Positions 1 through 12,122 of a stretch of DNA of 64,000 nt are shown here, one piece after another (position 1 is the stretch's first letter; each line of letters begins with the position of its first letter). Under the pieces are notes generated by a model that saw only the letters and a program-made list of their open reading frames with translations, was not told the origin of the DNA and did no database searches. A program made the translations under genes and the position numbers. Origin of the DNA: Torpedo marmorata (lineage: Eukaryota); contig OZ360228.1 of NCBI GenBank assembly GCA_977017645.1, positions 50,902,001-50,966,000 of the forward strand, read 5' to 3'.

Positions 1-39
1 CCTTGGCCCGTAATCACTCCAAATGGAGGAGTACAAGAT

Positions 40-250
40 GTAGAATTCGGAATAGGCCATTTGGCCTCTTGTTCTGCCTCTGCCTTACAATCAGATCACA
101 ACTGATTCTTTACCTCAGAGCCCCTGACCTGCACAAGCGTATTTTAATATCTTAAAATCTATTGATCTGTGCCTTGAATATGCTTCACAACTAAGCCTCT
201 GCAGCCCCCTTGGGTAGTGAATTTGAAAGGTTTGATACTCTCTTACGGAA
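40..250 (-). mobile_element. Degraded CR1-type LINE 3' end
   Basis: ggaataggccatttggcctc...gccttgaatatgc...gggtagtgaatttgaaaggtt resembles the reverse complement of CR1 3' ends elsewhere in the window (63110-63595). Confidence 0.45.
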
Positions 251-317
251 GACTGAAGACCTTTTTTCATATTTCTGTCTAGAAGAGGAGAACATTAAAG
301 AAATGTAAAAAAAAAAT

Positions 318-410
318 TAAAACAGAAAGTGCTGGAAGTTAGACCTCATCTGTGGGTAGAGAAACAAAGAGTCAAAGTTTCAGATTGAAGACCCTTCGTG
401 AGAACTGGGA
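318..410 (-). mobile_element. Degraded Penelope-like element 3' terminus
   Basis: aaaacagaaagtgctggaa...gtttcagattgaagacccttcgtgagaac has the layout of the other PLE termini, with a decayed hammerhead core. Confidence 0.5.
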
Positions 411-1223
411 GTGGGACAAAAGAAGCTCATTCATCTGCAAGGAGGATGGGGGTGGTCTGAATAGGTGACCCCCTCAGTTTGAAAGTGCGACTCCTGATTC
501 TGGACATCCAACCAGAGAAGACATCGAGTCCCAATCTATTGCATTAAGCCTCCTTAGAATTTGTTAGTGGGACTTTGTAGAGAGCATTGATCCATGCATC
601 AGGAGCCCAGTGTGAATGTCCCAAACTAGCCATCCACCTGTTCTGTTGAGCACCTCGTGTCCCAACTATGGCAGAGTCTGTGGGTCTCGTGTTGGCCTCA
701 TCAGCCATCTCAGAATCCACAGAACTGGAGTGAAAGCTAATTGCCGTTATTTTTGAGAGGATTTTTTGTAGCTCAGGTGTCTGCATCCCAAACCTTCTCA
801 GAGGCAAGGATTCTATCCTCAGCCCCATGGAACCTGATTTAGTTTGCTCGATGCTGCTTGGGAAATGCAAGAAAAAAAGAGAGGCAGAAGGTAAAGCTGA
901 AAAAGTTAGGTGCCTTTTACCCCAAACTCATGGTCAAGCATACCTTCAGCCAATTGCAGCCACTCTCTTCCCCAACACTCCAGACCTCCCAACAGCATCT
1001 CTCACAATCTCCCTCACCTGATCTTTGCACCCTGCCCCAAGCTAGGCTGCCCGCCCGTCAATTCCGTTCTTGGCCTTCCCTTCTTTCAATTGATTCTCCC
1101 TTCCTCTCTGGTTCCTCCACAGTAAGTCCAGGTTTCTGGCCATTTTCTGAAAGATTCTCTATTCCCACCTTCCACCTCAATGAATCTCCAGCAATATCTC
1201 TCCTGCTTACTTGTTTCCCACTA

Positions 1224-1802
1224 GTCCCTTTTATAGTGCAAAGAAAGTGACTGTAAAGACAGAACATTTCTGTCTTTAAGTCGCCTCACTTACCTTCATA
1301 AAAAGTCCGATGGTGGATTGCCAAGGCATACTCCGAAACGCCTAGGAGGTAGACACAGAGGTGGAGAGAATCACTCCACCTCCTCCATAAAACGAATGCC
1401 GTTGGAAGCGGCTGCAAAGGGGAGGGTTGATGACATCGCGATGACGTCATCGAGTTGATCTATATGGCAATGGCCTTCTTCGTTACCTATAATCCCCCAC
1501 GCAGCTGGAACTGCTCTACGTTTCCCTGGCGCTGGCACTGACAGAGCGGTTCCAGCTGCGTGGGGGATTATGGGTAACGAAGACGGCCATTGCTCGGCGC
1601 GTATGTTTGACTTCACGGCAACGGGCGGCGCTACTGCACCACTCGCCCCGCCTCCCTCAGATCGGGAAGCCGGCTCCCGACGCAACTCAGCATAAAGACA
1701 ACGCTGGAAACGTCATATAGGTCGTCACTATAAAAAGTAAGTTCACCTTTTTATTTTTTTTATTGAGCCTACTTTATTGCGGGGTTGCACCATAAAAAGG
1801 GC
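1224..1802. mobile_element. Putative non-autonomous DNA transposon (MITE), CpG-rich and internally symmetric
   Basis: Imperfect ~18-bp terminal inverted repeats (gtcccttttatagtgcaa / ttgcaccataaaaagggc), a central 51-bp inverted repeat and CpG enrichment relative to the flanks. Superfamily (Harbinger- or piggyBac-like) is uncertain. Confidence 0.55.
1467..1593. repeat. 51-bp inverted repeat with 25-nt spacer; each arm carries a Staf/ZNF143 motif
   Basis: Arms 1467-1517 and 1543-1593 differ at 3 positions. The right arm (minus strand) reads TTACCCATAATCCCCCACG, matching the Staf consensus YYWCCCRNMATSCMYYRCR. A CRE (TGACGTCA) lies at 1442-1449. Confidence 0.85.
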
Positions 1803-3166
1803 TAATGTCAGGTACAATATTTGTCCTTCACAGCCTGATTGTGTCTTTCTTCACCTCCCAGCAAATAACACCCTCTGCCTGCCATCTATCCTGCATCTCC
1901 CCCCCCCACCCCTCCAAATTGCTAGGTATGCCCTTAAGTGTTCCTGACCATGGGTTTCCTGTGGCTGCATTTTATGCCCAGCAATTGATTGGCCTGTCTA
2001 TTCACTGACCTACTAACCTGGAGAAAGAAGAACTGAACCAGAATGAAGATCTGCCGTTAAATTCATCAGCATTTATGCAGAAGCAGCATTTTCACCCTCC
2101 CCTGCACTACCCAGAAATATTGGGATTGCTATCTCTTTAGTACACACATTCAAACTTTTATGCAGCTTAGTTTCACAGTGATTTAAGTAAGCTCTTGCTT
2201 TATTGCACAGCAAAGCCAGGTCCTGAATGTATCGACACACAGATGTGCATCACTGTTGAATTTAATTTCTTCTTGGGCGTTAATTTCACCACTAATTGTC
2301 TTGCATACAGTCATTAATCATTTTTATTTTCCACTGATTGCCCTTAGTGATCAAAAAGGTGGCAACTTCTTGTTACCTTATGTTATGCTGTGACACTGCT
2401 ACATAGAAACTGTCTGGGAATAAAGATTGTGTTGAATTTTTTCTGGCATCATGTGAAGTAGACACACTCTAGAATCATCATGCATTTGATTGGATTAATG
2501 ACACTATTCTTCATTCATTTTGCCACTGGACTGGATCGTCATAACTGCACGAGGGGCAGCTATACATTAAGATGCATATCCCTCTGAGCTGCCTCTAATC
2601 AGCAGTACTAGGTCAGGCTAATAGGGTAATGGAGAGACTCGTTGGCCTCCAGATATTTTCCTTGTTAATGCAGGGCTGTGTAAGTGTTCAGACCTTGTGT
2701 GAATGTTTGTTCTCATTGGAGAACTTTTGAAAGGGGGGAACAAGAAACACACAGGATTTGTTTACCAACCTTTCAGCTGTAAGGTTCTGAGTTTAATCCT
2801 GTTTCAATGCACATTCAAGGCTGAATCACAACTCTTCAAAAGGGCAAAATGCTTTCCAGTTTAAATGATGAGTGCAATACGCTGCAGACCATTTAAAAGT
2901 CTCATCGGTACTCAAAAACTTCTTAAACTTAAATCGAGAGAGATTGTGAAAGGAAGGGTGAATATTGGATCCTCGTTTCTTATCTGTCACTTTGATGTGA
3001 AGACATTATTAGTAAATGAAGGTATATTGATTGTGGCTCAGGGGTCAGGATTAACCAGAATGGTCACTGCTCTGTTGAAGCAGTGGGTATTCTGCCTTGC
3101 AGCTATGGCCTTTTTGGAGGTCAGGTGCCCTGTGCCCGTTTGCACAGAGGAATTAGACAGAACATG

Positions 3167-3330
3167 NNNNNNNNNNNNNNNNNNNNNNNNNNNNNNNNNN
3201 NNNNNNNNNNNNNNNNNNNNNNNNNNNNNNNNNNNNNNNNNNNNNNNNNNNNNNNNNNNNNNNNNNNNNNNNNNNNNNNNNNNNNNNNNNNNNNNNNNNN
3301 NNNNNNNNNNNNNNNNNNNNNNNNNNNNNN
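3167..3330. other. Run of N (gap or masking)
   Basis: Uninterrupted N. Other runs are at 10589-10733, 21134-21289 and 21310-21568. Confidence 0.99.
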
Positions 3331-6300
3331 GAACCTTGCCATGTGCTTATTATTCTCATCATTATCAAAATTACTTCACAGCTGTTCTTTGCTACATCAC
3401 CTCAGCTGGAGATTTAGTAACCTGTAAAATGTTTTTAATTTGGAATGGAGTAAGTATTGCTGAGGAAGTTGCTTGGAGGTTTCCCTCCCTGTCCTGAAGG
3501 GCATGGCTGCCTTTTAGTACAGGAACACCGAGCAGACCACCGTTTCCACACACAAGTCAACACTTACTTTGCTTGGCTCACGCTCAGCCTTGACATTTCC
3601 ATGTTTATTGACAAACGATTTTGTTTCCCTGCGACTAGAGTGATGTGAGAATTTTCCCATCTGGCTGTGCTAATTCAAACAAGTGTACAACTCAACTCCA
3701 AGCCACTGTAGAATTCAGAGCAAGTTCACTGTATTGTCTTCCCATTTTTAATGCATTGTTTTAAAGTGTTTTAAGGTTTACCTCTTTGTAGAGGCCAAAC
3801 TGTTCCAGTACTACAGTAATCCTTTCCTTAAGCAGTATTGTCTTTCACATCAAAAAGACTAATTGAATTATCTCATTAATTTAATTTGTTAAGCAAATGT
3901 ATTTCACCAACGCAGGATGTGCTCTTACAGGGAGGGTCCTCAGACTTTCCTTCTGAATGGGTCATTGCTGCATTCTAACATTCATGCATTCATTAGCTTT
4001 GTCAAAAGAAAGGAACATTGGTTGTTTTTTTTCAAACAACCAAGCAGCATGGAGCAACTTTTCCATCAGCCGCAGGGGTCTTTCTACATATGTTCTCAAC
4101 TCAGAGCCATTGTCACCTCCTCTGAACAACTCTAAGGGACAAAAACAACAAAGGCCAGCCACAACAATTCCAAGCAGTGAGTTTAATGCAGCATAGAGGG
4201 GGAAAAAAAGTGGTTTGTGTTTATTTTTATAATCTGTTTTTGCTGCTGCACTGTTTTTCACTGTTACCTCATATAATGGCAGCAAATGATAATGAAATAT
4301 AATGTGCAGATACACATTTTTCTGAATTCTAACTTTGTAACTAGTTTTGCTCCATTTTGTGAATGGAACAAGCCATGGCTCACATGCCATTTGCAGGGCA
4401 CTTGGAGATACTCGTATTTTACATTTATATCCTCTCCCAGCAATGCCGTGCAAATGAAATCAGAATGAAACATAATTGAAGCTGGTGCATTCTTTTATCA
4501 ATTTTGCCCAGCATGGTTGCTGTCGACTTAATCGTCAAACTCAAACTGCTTTGGCCCAGTTTAAGCTATATTCAAAGCCAAGCAGTAGAGATATCTTGCC
4601 AAGACTGATTATTATTGGCTGGAAGGGAGAGATCCTTAAATCAGATACATTGAGAAGCCTTCAGGCAATTCAATTAGCTCTTAGCTCTCTTTGCCTTTGC
4701 ACTCAAGTACACTCCTGCATGATTTGCAAAGAACATATTTGATCACAGAATGGAAACAGGAAGTGCTCAGGCACAAAGGCCTTCTCCTATAAACACTCAT
4801 CAATTTTCAGAGGTCTCCTTATCTTTGTTACAGCACACATTGAGGTGCCTTTTATTTCAAGCTTTCGGACTTTCTTAGAAAGTAGTTATTTGATTGGAAT
4901 AAAATTGTTCCCTTTTCAGGATTTAAAGAAAAATTTCCTCAAATGAAATGTCTCGATGAAATTCTTGAAATCAATCTTTTGTGCAAAGCTACGAGTTTAA
5001 ATTCAGATTGTTTCATATTCAAATCCAGCCAGAATAAAATTGAAGAAACAGAAGTTGGAAGATCACCAAGATGGAAAATATAATTCAGAAAGAGAAAAGC
5101 AATTGATAGTTTGTGAACATAAATTATAACCAATTTTAGTCATTGGCACAGTTCTATTTCTGTTGCCATGGCAGTACTCTGGTGATGAAAATTATCATTA
5201 AGTTTGATGCAACACACATGGCCTTTGAGCTGTTGGGCTAACAGTTAACCATGTTACACATGGCTACGGGCAGTCTTATCCAAGGGGAGGATGTTTGCTT
5301 GACACAAAGACGAGTCCGCCTATTATAGCTGGGACACAGTCTTTAGCACACCCTTGTTGATAGGCTGCTCTTTTGCAGCAGTGGTTCAGCAAGACCTCTT
5401 TTTTATGTCCTGCCATGTTGCACTAGAATGGACAGCACTTCGACTGGCAAACCTACTGCAGCCTTTGCAGCTGGAACACATCTGCTTATTGTTTGCATCA
5501 ATAATGACCAAAGTTAGGTTCCTGTACTGTTATCGGGCTTTACCATGAAGGAAATAAAGTAAATAAAAGTAACATTGTCAACCAGGTGTTGCACTCTGCC
5601 AAGATTGTAAAAAGCAGCTGTATCTTGAGTTCTTATTCATGCCTGCTTTTTTTAAAATAGGCAAATGTAAGTTTTGAATCAGTAATCTCAATTTAACCCA
5701 TTGATGTTCATTAGATAGTTTGTTTTCTATTGGGAGGGGGAGGGGGTGGTGGTCCCCGAGATTCAAAAAGATTTGAAGCTGCTAGCCTCATTTGTCATGT
5801 ACTTGTTTGCTGAAGGGACTCTATGTCAGCACTTTGGTCACCCATAGCAACCTAGGGACAGTTCACTTGTCACAGACCATGTCTATAGAAAACTAAATGT
5901 TCCAGAGCTCATCAGTCACAGAGCTATCAGATAATTATGGCCAAGGCCACCAAAGCCTCTGCTTTTATCAAACAAGGTTTTCTGCAGCCTTTTCAGTACA
6001 ATGGAAAGGACAGAAGTCAACACTGTCTGCCATCTGTTGCCTTTGTCCTGTTCTCTCACATGAAGTAATGAAACTAGGAGATAGAGCTTATTAACCCTTC
6101 CATGATTGCAATAATGAAGCATTTAAAAAAAAACAAGATGCGACATAAAACAGAACTCTGCAGTGATTTACAAATCTTTTGGTTTGAATCTGGCTATTTG
6201 AACTGCTCCAGGGTAGACCAGCTACATATTTTATAGAGCCAGCAGGCAGAAGGCATTTAAATCCTCTCAGCTCCAAGTTGCAGGAAATCATTTCTTGGCA

Positions 6301-8859
6301 ATTGTAAAGACTTACATGATGGTGGAAGACTGTTTCCAGAAAACTGTTATGTCAGAACAATCATTTATTTTGCACAGCAGTGCTTGGACATCTAGTTTAT
6401 CTAAAATGTTGGTGAGTACAAACAGTATTTCCCATCCCCCAGTCCACACAGCCCCCATTACTATTCCCCAGAGCCTTTCTTTCAAACAATTGGGTTAACT
6501 TAGCCTGAAAAAACTAACAAAACTCTGAGGTTAAGTTGTCAAAAAGTATTAATATTAACTATTTTTTCTAATGCCTTTAAATATCAGAACTAATTTTAGT
6601 TTGCCACTGGGCTGATATTATTTTCCTGAAGCTCTTCCCAAGATGCTCAGTTACATGCTAATGACACAAATCGTGAGCACCCTTTGCCTCTCTAATTGGT
6701 GTGAAATATCTTTGGCCAGAGAGAGAAAAAAATTGGTCCTTATCTTGCATTTTCTCAACACTTCTTAGTTTAATCCAAGTGTTCAGCTGGTTGCCACAAT
6801 GAAAGTATAAATATGCATTCTTGGAGAAAAGGCTGGCTTATTGGAGGTTTAGTGACAAATTTGAAGTGGCTAAAGCTTTACTGTGCTTTCTAATATATGA
6901 TTCATTTGTACAGTGACTGGTAGAGGAGATTGGCAGAACCTTGAATTATAATACTGCTGGAATTATTACCATGTCTTGAGCACTTCTTTCTCATCTATAG
7001 CAAGATGGTTTTTTTTCATGCTTTACAGATCACTTTCTTTATAAAGTGCTACCCTAAGTAAATCCTAAATCTAGCTTAGCCACACTTCAAAGAGCATAAA
7101 TATTTTTGAACTAGCAGAAGTCAAACACAGTGCTTATTGATGACTTTATCTATGAAATACAAAGCAGAGATGGAAAAAGAACTGCTGAGCAATTGGTATT
7201 TCTTTAGAGGGGTTTTTGAAACTAAAACTTGCAGTTCCCTTTTCTACAGTGGAGTACTTAAGAAGTGAGAAGAGTAATCTGTTCTTTTTATGTCAGTAGA
7301 ATATGTTCCTCAAAGAGACTGGTGAACAGCTAAAAATATAGAGATCAGATTTATTAAACTCTTAAGTTTTCCACGTAAAATTTTCTAACCATTATTTCGA
7401 TCATCAGTAGTTTCTGTAGGTTTCAACTTAAAGGCAGCTAACATTTTAAGAGAAACAATTCAGAGAAGCTTTCTAAATTAGAACTTATGAATATACAATT
7501 TGTCATTTTACAAGAATAAATGTTTACATAGCATCATATGTGCTCTTTAATTAAGCCATCTTCAACTTCCTGCCGGAGTTTACCACTTAATATTCTGACA
7601 ATGCAAGATCAAAATGTAACAGATTAAGAAAAAAAACTCACCAAACTTCAGATAAATAGCCAGAAAATTACCTTACCACAATGACATTCCCATTTTTTTT
7701 GGGTATTGAAAACCTAGATTGGTTTGACTATACTCATTTCTCATTTGTGTGTTTCCTGTTGATTATTTGGAATATAATGAGCAACTATTGCAGTGTGGTC
7801 CAGAGTTGGCAAAGTGTGCTGGGAATGGTCGTTTAGCTCAGATGTGGTTTTATGTGGTGTTTTGTGTCAGTCATCCACACGATCTGGGTACTTCAGCAGT
7901 GCCAGCCTTAGCAGAACAGGATTACGTACGCTTTTGCAGCCCTGCTGGAGGGCGTTGTTGATGGGCTGCTGCTTTCAATGTAGCTGCCATTAATCATTGG
8001 TTGCCATGTTGTGACGCAGTTTCTAAAAATGTACCATTGAGATGCTGTAATGCGCTGGAGGCCTACAAACAGCACAGGTCTTTGATATTCGTCTCACACC
8101 AGGATAAAGAAAATCCAGAGCAAAAGTGCAAATAGACAAAGAAGGATTCCGTGGGGTTGGAGGTGGGAGGGGAGTCGAATGAAGGGGAGGAAAGTAGTAA
8201 AATCAAAAACAGACACAGTGACTTTTAATGTTTGGTTTACCAGTACTGCTATAAATCTTCACTGATTAACTTGAAAATTAAACACTGCCCTGTTTCATTG
8301 AGAGATTTTTTGATTTGGATGCACTCTACATCAGTTGTGGTATGTCATGCAAAGCTATTTAAGTAAAAGTGTCCCTAAACTTAGACCAGTTTTTTCCAAT
8401 GGCAATATAATTTTGGATGTCTAAGCATGTAGCAGGGTGCAACTGCTAAACCACTCCTTTTGTACATTACATACTTGTGAGCTGCTTTGCTTCACCAAAA
8501 AAAACAAATCAAGACAGCCACAGTGGTGGCTAGCTTATGAATATTCATTGACATCATTGCTCCTCCTTTCTTAAGGGCTCTTGAGATTTCCTGATGTCAA
8601 AGCAAGCTTGCACAGGCTGCTTTGACACCGTTCACAGCCACCTCAGCAACCCTTTGCCAGCAAAAAGAAAAAAAAGCCTGTAATTATCCACACTTTTCTG
8701 AAACCCACCCCCCCCCCCTTAATGTTCATTATTTAAACCAGCAGCAATTACAAGTTCAAAGGGGTTTAGGAGGCTAGCAACCTGCATAATCACTGCCAAA
8801 TTAAGCAGGACTCATTCGTCACAGAACAGTTCACTCTGAGCAGTGAATCATGCATGCAG

Positions 8860-8877
8860 TGACAGGCACTGATTTAC
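8860..8877 (+). promoter_or_regulatory. Candidate MEIS + PBX-HOX composite binding site
   Basis: TGACAG (8860-8865) lies 4 bp from TGATTTAC (8870-8877) in repeat-poor MEIS intron sequence; motif match only. Confidence 0.35.
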
Positions 8878-9016
8878 ATGAAGACAGAAAGCCATGGCCT
8901 GCCGAGGTAGGGTTGAGCAATTCTCCATCCTCCAGTGCCCTAGTGTGTACTATATTCAGATTATTTAGGGGGTGGGAAGGGTGGAAAAGGCAAATATTAC
9001 TCATGCGCAGGTAGAC

Positions 9017-9263
9017 ACGTGTGTAAAACCGTGTGTTTTTGTATGTGTGCATGTGCGCTTGTGATTATGAGCACATGCATCTATGTGAGCATGTGTTTGT
9101 GCATGTGGCTATGTTTTTTGTGCATGTGAGCTTATTTTCTGTGTGTGTGTGCATATATATTTGTGTGTGTGTCTGTGTGAGAGAGAGTGTGTGTATGTAT
9201 GTATATATATGTGTGTGTGTGTGTGTGAGAGTGTGTGTGCGCGCGCGCAAGAGAAAAAGAGAG
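9017..9263. repeat. Compound degenerate (TG)n/(TA)n/(CG)n/(GA)n microsatellite
   Basis: Visible dinucleotide runs, including gtgtgtgtgcgcgcgcgc. Confidence 0.9.
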
Positions 9264-10244
9264 AATGCCCTTCATTTTCTTAGCATCTGAAATGCTGCAC
9301 AGTGTCAACAGAATTGCTTTACAGGTGGTGATTGAGAATTCCAGGAGAGAATCTCTATGATATCCTATTACAGCACCAAGTGACCAAGGTCACACAAAGG
9401 AACATGACACAGTGAAAAGCATAAAAGGCAGCTCTGGCTTTTATCAGACTTAGGTGCTTCTTTTCTTCAGCCTAAATCTGATAACTTACATAAAACAGCA
9501 TTTTATCTGTGATGCGTGGTGGAAATCTTTCTGCAAGACTTCATGTGAATCTCCTGTTTTCTTTAACAGTCACAACTGCATGGTTTTGTGGGAAAATATA
9601 GCACGTTTTGGTGTAGAAATAATACTTCAACTTATTTTTTTTTTAAAGAGAAAGACCTTTTCTCTCTCCTCCTCACCCTTTATATCAGCAGGGAGGATAA
9701 AATGCAGCAAACAGATCCTGTCAGTTTCTCGCCTTGGTTGATTTACCTGGAGGCACCCTTGAGCGATGCGGGAAGGGATCTAAGGCCATGCCCAAGCAGT
9801 TTTACCTCCCTTTTGTTAACTGCTGGGCAAGACTTGGAAAATTTCGCCCAGGTTCAAATGTCAGCCAGGACCCAATCAAAGTCAACTCAACACTACAGAT
9901 TTACTGCTCTGGAGCAGCTTTGCCCCATTCCTGGCCTACCTGAAGATTGTCTTTGATGCACACCAGTCCATTTAGCTCAGCTTTAGTTTTGGCACAAAGA
10001 AACCTTACTGACTGCTAAATTTAAAAGCATTGTCTTGCACAAAAAAAAAGTTTCCTTTGGCCATGCACAATAATTTCTGGAGACGTATATCAGATGAGGA
10101 TCAGATTTGGATTGTATTTTATTATTAAAGGATGCATTGGAAAATATCTTTAGCATTCAGATTTTAAACCGGAACATAAACAGCGCTGATGGGATGTGCA
10201 AATTTCAATACCAAGTGTGTTTATGTTAATTAGGGAGAAGATTA

Positions 10245-10823
10245 CAGGTGCTCCTCAACTTACGATGGTTCGCCGTACTTCAAATTTTGAATTTCGATCT
10301 GTTCCCGCGCTTGCGTTATGCAGTACGATACTCTCTCTCGGTGCTGGGCGATGGCATCGAGCTGCAGCATCCACTCAACCACACTCGCAGTCTCTGTAGC
10401 ATTCACGCGAACGAGTGTAAACAACCGATACTGTGTTGAAAGCGTTTTTTTATTTTGTGTTTTCGCATCCCATCCTGTCTACTAAACGCCCATGGGTGTC
10501 TCCTGCTTTGTTTTAGATAAATTTTCCCTGCTGTAGGCTATAATAAATGGTTTGAGCACATTTAAGGTAGGCTAGCCCAGGCCTAAGCNNNNNNNNNNNN
10601 NNNNNNNNNNNNNNNNNNNNNNNNNNNNNNNNNNNNNNNNNNNNNNNNNNNNNNNNNNNNNNNNNNNNNNNNNNNNNNNNNNNNNNNNNNNNNNNNNNNN
10701 NNNNNNNNNNNNNNNNNNNNNNNNNNNNNNNNNTCGGTAGGTGCGGTATTTTTCGACTTACGATTTTTCCACTTAAATTGGGTTTATCGGAATGTAACCC
10801 CATCATAAGTCAAGGAGCATCTG
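10245..10823. mobile_element. Tigger/pogo-type non-autonomous DNA transposon (MER47/Tigger5-like ends)
   Basis: TA|caggtgctcctcaacttacgatgg ... ccatcataagtcaaggagcatctg|TA gives TIRs with a TA target duplication; internal N run. Confidence 0.88.
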
Positions 10824-11911
10824 TATATGTAAATTTCTTCTAGACATGACTGAGTAACAGCCAGGTTAGATGTAGCTTGAGCAAGATGTAAGAATGCTGA
10901 AAATCCTGTCTTGTAGCCTCACAACTACACAGTACAGTAATCCTTCACTATTATGAGTACAATAAATGCTGTTCAACACAGCAGACAGATAGTAAAGGAA
11001 ACAGGGGTAACAGTTGGAGACAAGTGAGCTTCCTTTACTCTCTAATATCAAAAAAGAGGATTATTCTCCCCAGGACCTGTTACAACTGGTGCCAAGTTTG
11101 AAGGAATTAGTTAAGCTAGTGCCCGCTGGTCAAAGCTGTAGTTGATAGCTTGATTTCTTCATTAATTATTCTGATGGCAAGTAAAAACCAACAGCTGTCT
11201 TCCACTTTTAGTCGACTGCAATACAGCATATGCCTTCTGAGCTATTTTGACTGCTTTAGTTAGTGCTTCCCCCTCCATTCTTCTGATATGATTCTGAAAG
11301 TTGTTGAAAAGAATGAAGACACTTGTCAACAAGAAAGAACTTAAGGTTTATCAAATCTGTTTCAGACCTATTATATATCCAGCTCAAAGGCTAATGACCT
11401 GCTGGTGTGTGCACAATTTAGTCAGCATTACTGGAGTTGGTCATGATCACAATGGTTGAACATTACTATTGTCATGCTAATAGTAAAGAGACATAAAAGA
11501 TCAGTAGCATTAGCCGGGACATGGTAGGACAGTTGCTCTTTTATAATCTTTTGTAATAAAATATAATTTGATGGAAACCAATGCGTCGGAGCTCTTGCAC
11601 ATTACCAATTTTTTTTATTGCTGTAAGCTGAGCTAGCTGATGAACAGCCTCCAGGGAGGAGTCAGGATCACTTTAGACTTCCTGTCAGGCCAGACTGGGA
11701 AAACCACTAATGAAAGAAAAGAAGCAAATGCTGTTATTTCAGGTCAGCAGTAATTCAAATATATCTTATGTGTGCATGTTCAAAGTTATTTTGTTTATTA
11801 TCCCCTGTAATGGCGTTTATGCAGTTGGAATGACAGTTTATGAGCTGCTTCTTTAATACTGAAGTGCACTTAAGATATAAGTTTTTTAAAACAAACTTAT
11901 ATTTGTTTTAG

Positions 11912-12122
11912 TGGTAAAACACGAAAGTTTGCAGACACCGTGATTGAAGTAAAAACACAATGCTGGAGAAACTCAGCAGGTAAAACAGTGTACTTTATGT
12001 ATCAAAGATAAATATCTTGAGCCTTTCATCTTGTTAGTTAATGTTGGTTATGTATCTTTATCTTTGCTACATAAAGTTCACTGTTTGACCTGCTGAGTTT
12101 TTCTAGCATTGTGTTTTTACTT
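11912..12122. mobile_element. Palindromic insertion of two inverted PLE 3' termini, hammerhead region deleted
   Basis: aagtaaaaacacaatgctggagaaactcagcagg... and its reverse complement ...cctgctgagtttttctagcattgtgtttttactt, flanked by direct repeat atttgttttag (11901-11911 / 12125-12135). Confidence 0.85.

Noticed and set aside
2865-3497. ORFs spanning N runs (also 21084-21575 and 10513-10806)
   Set aside because: Their length is an artefact of untranslatable N bases.
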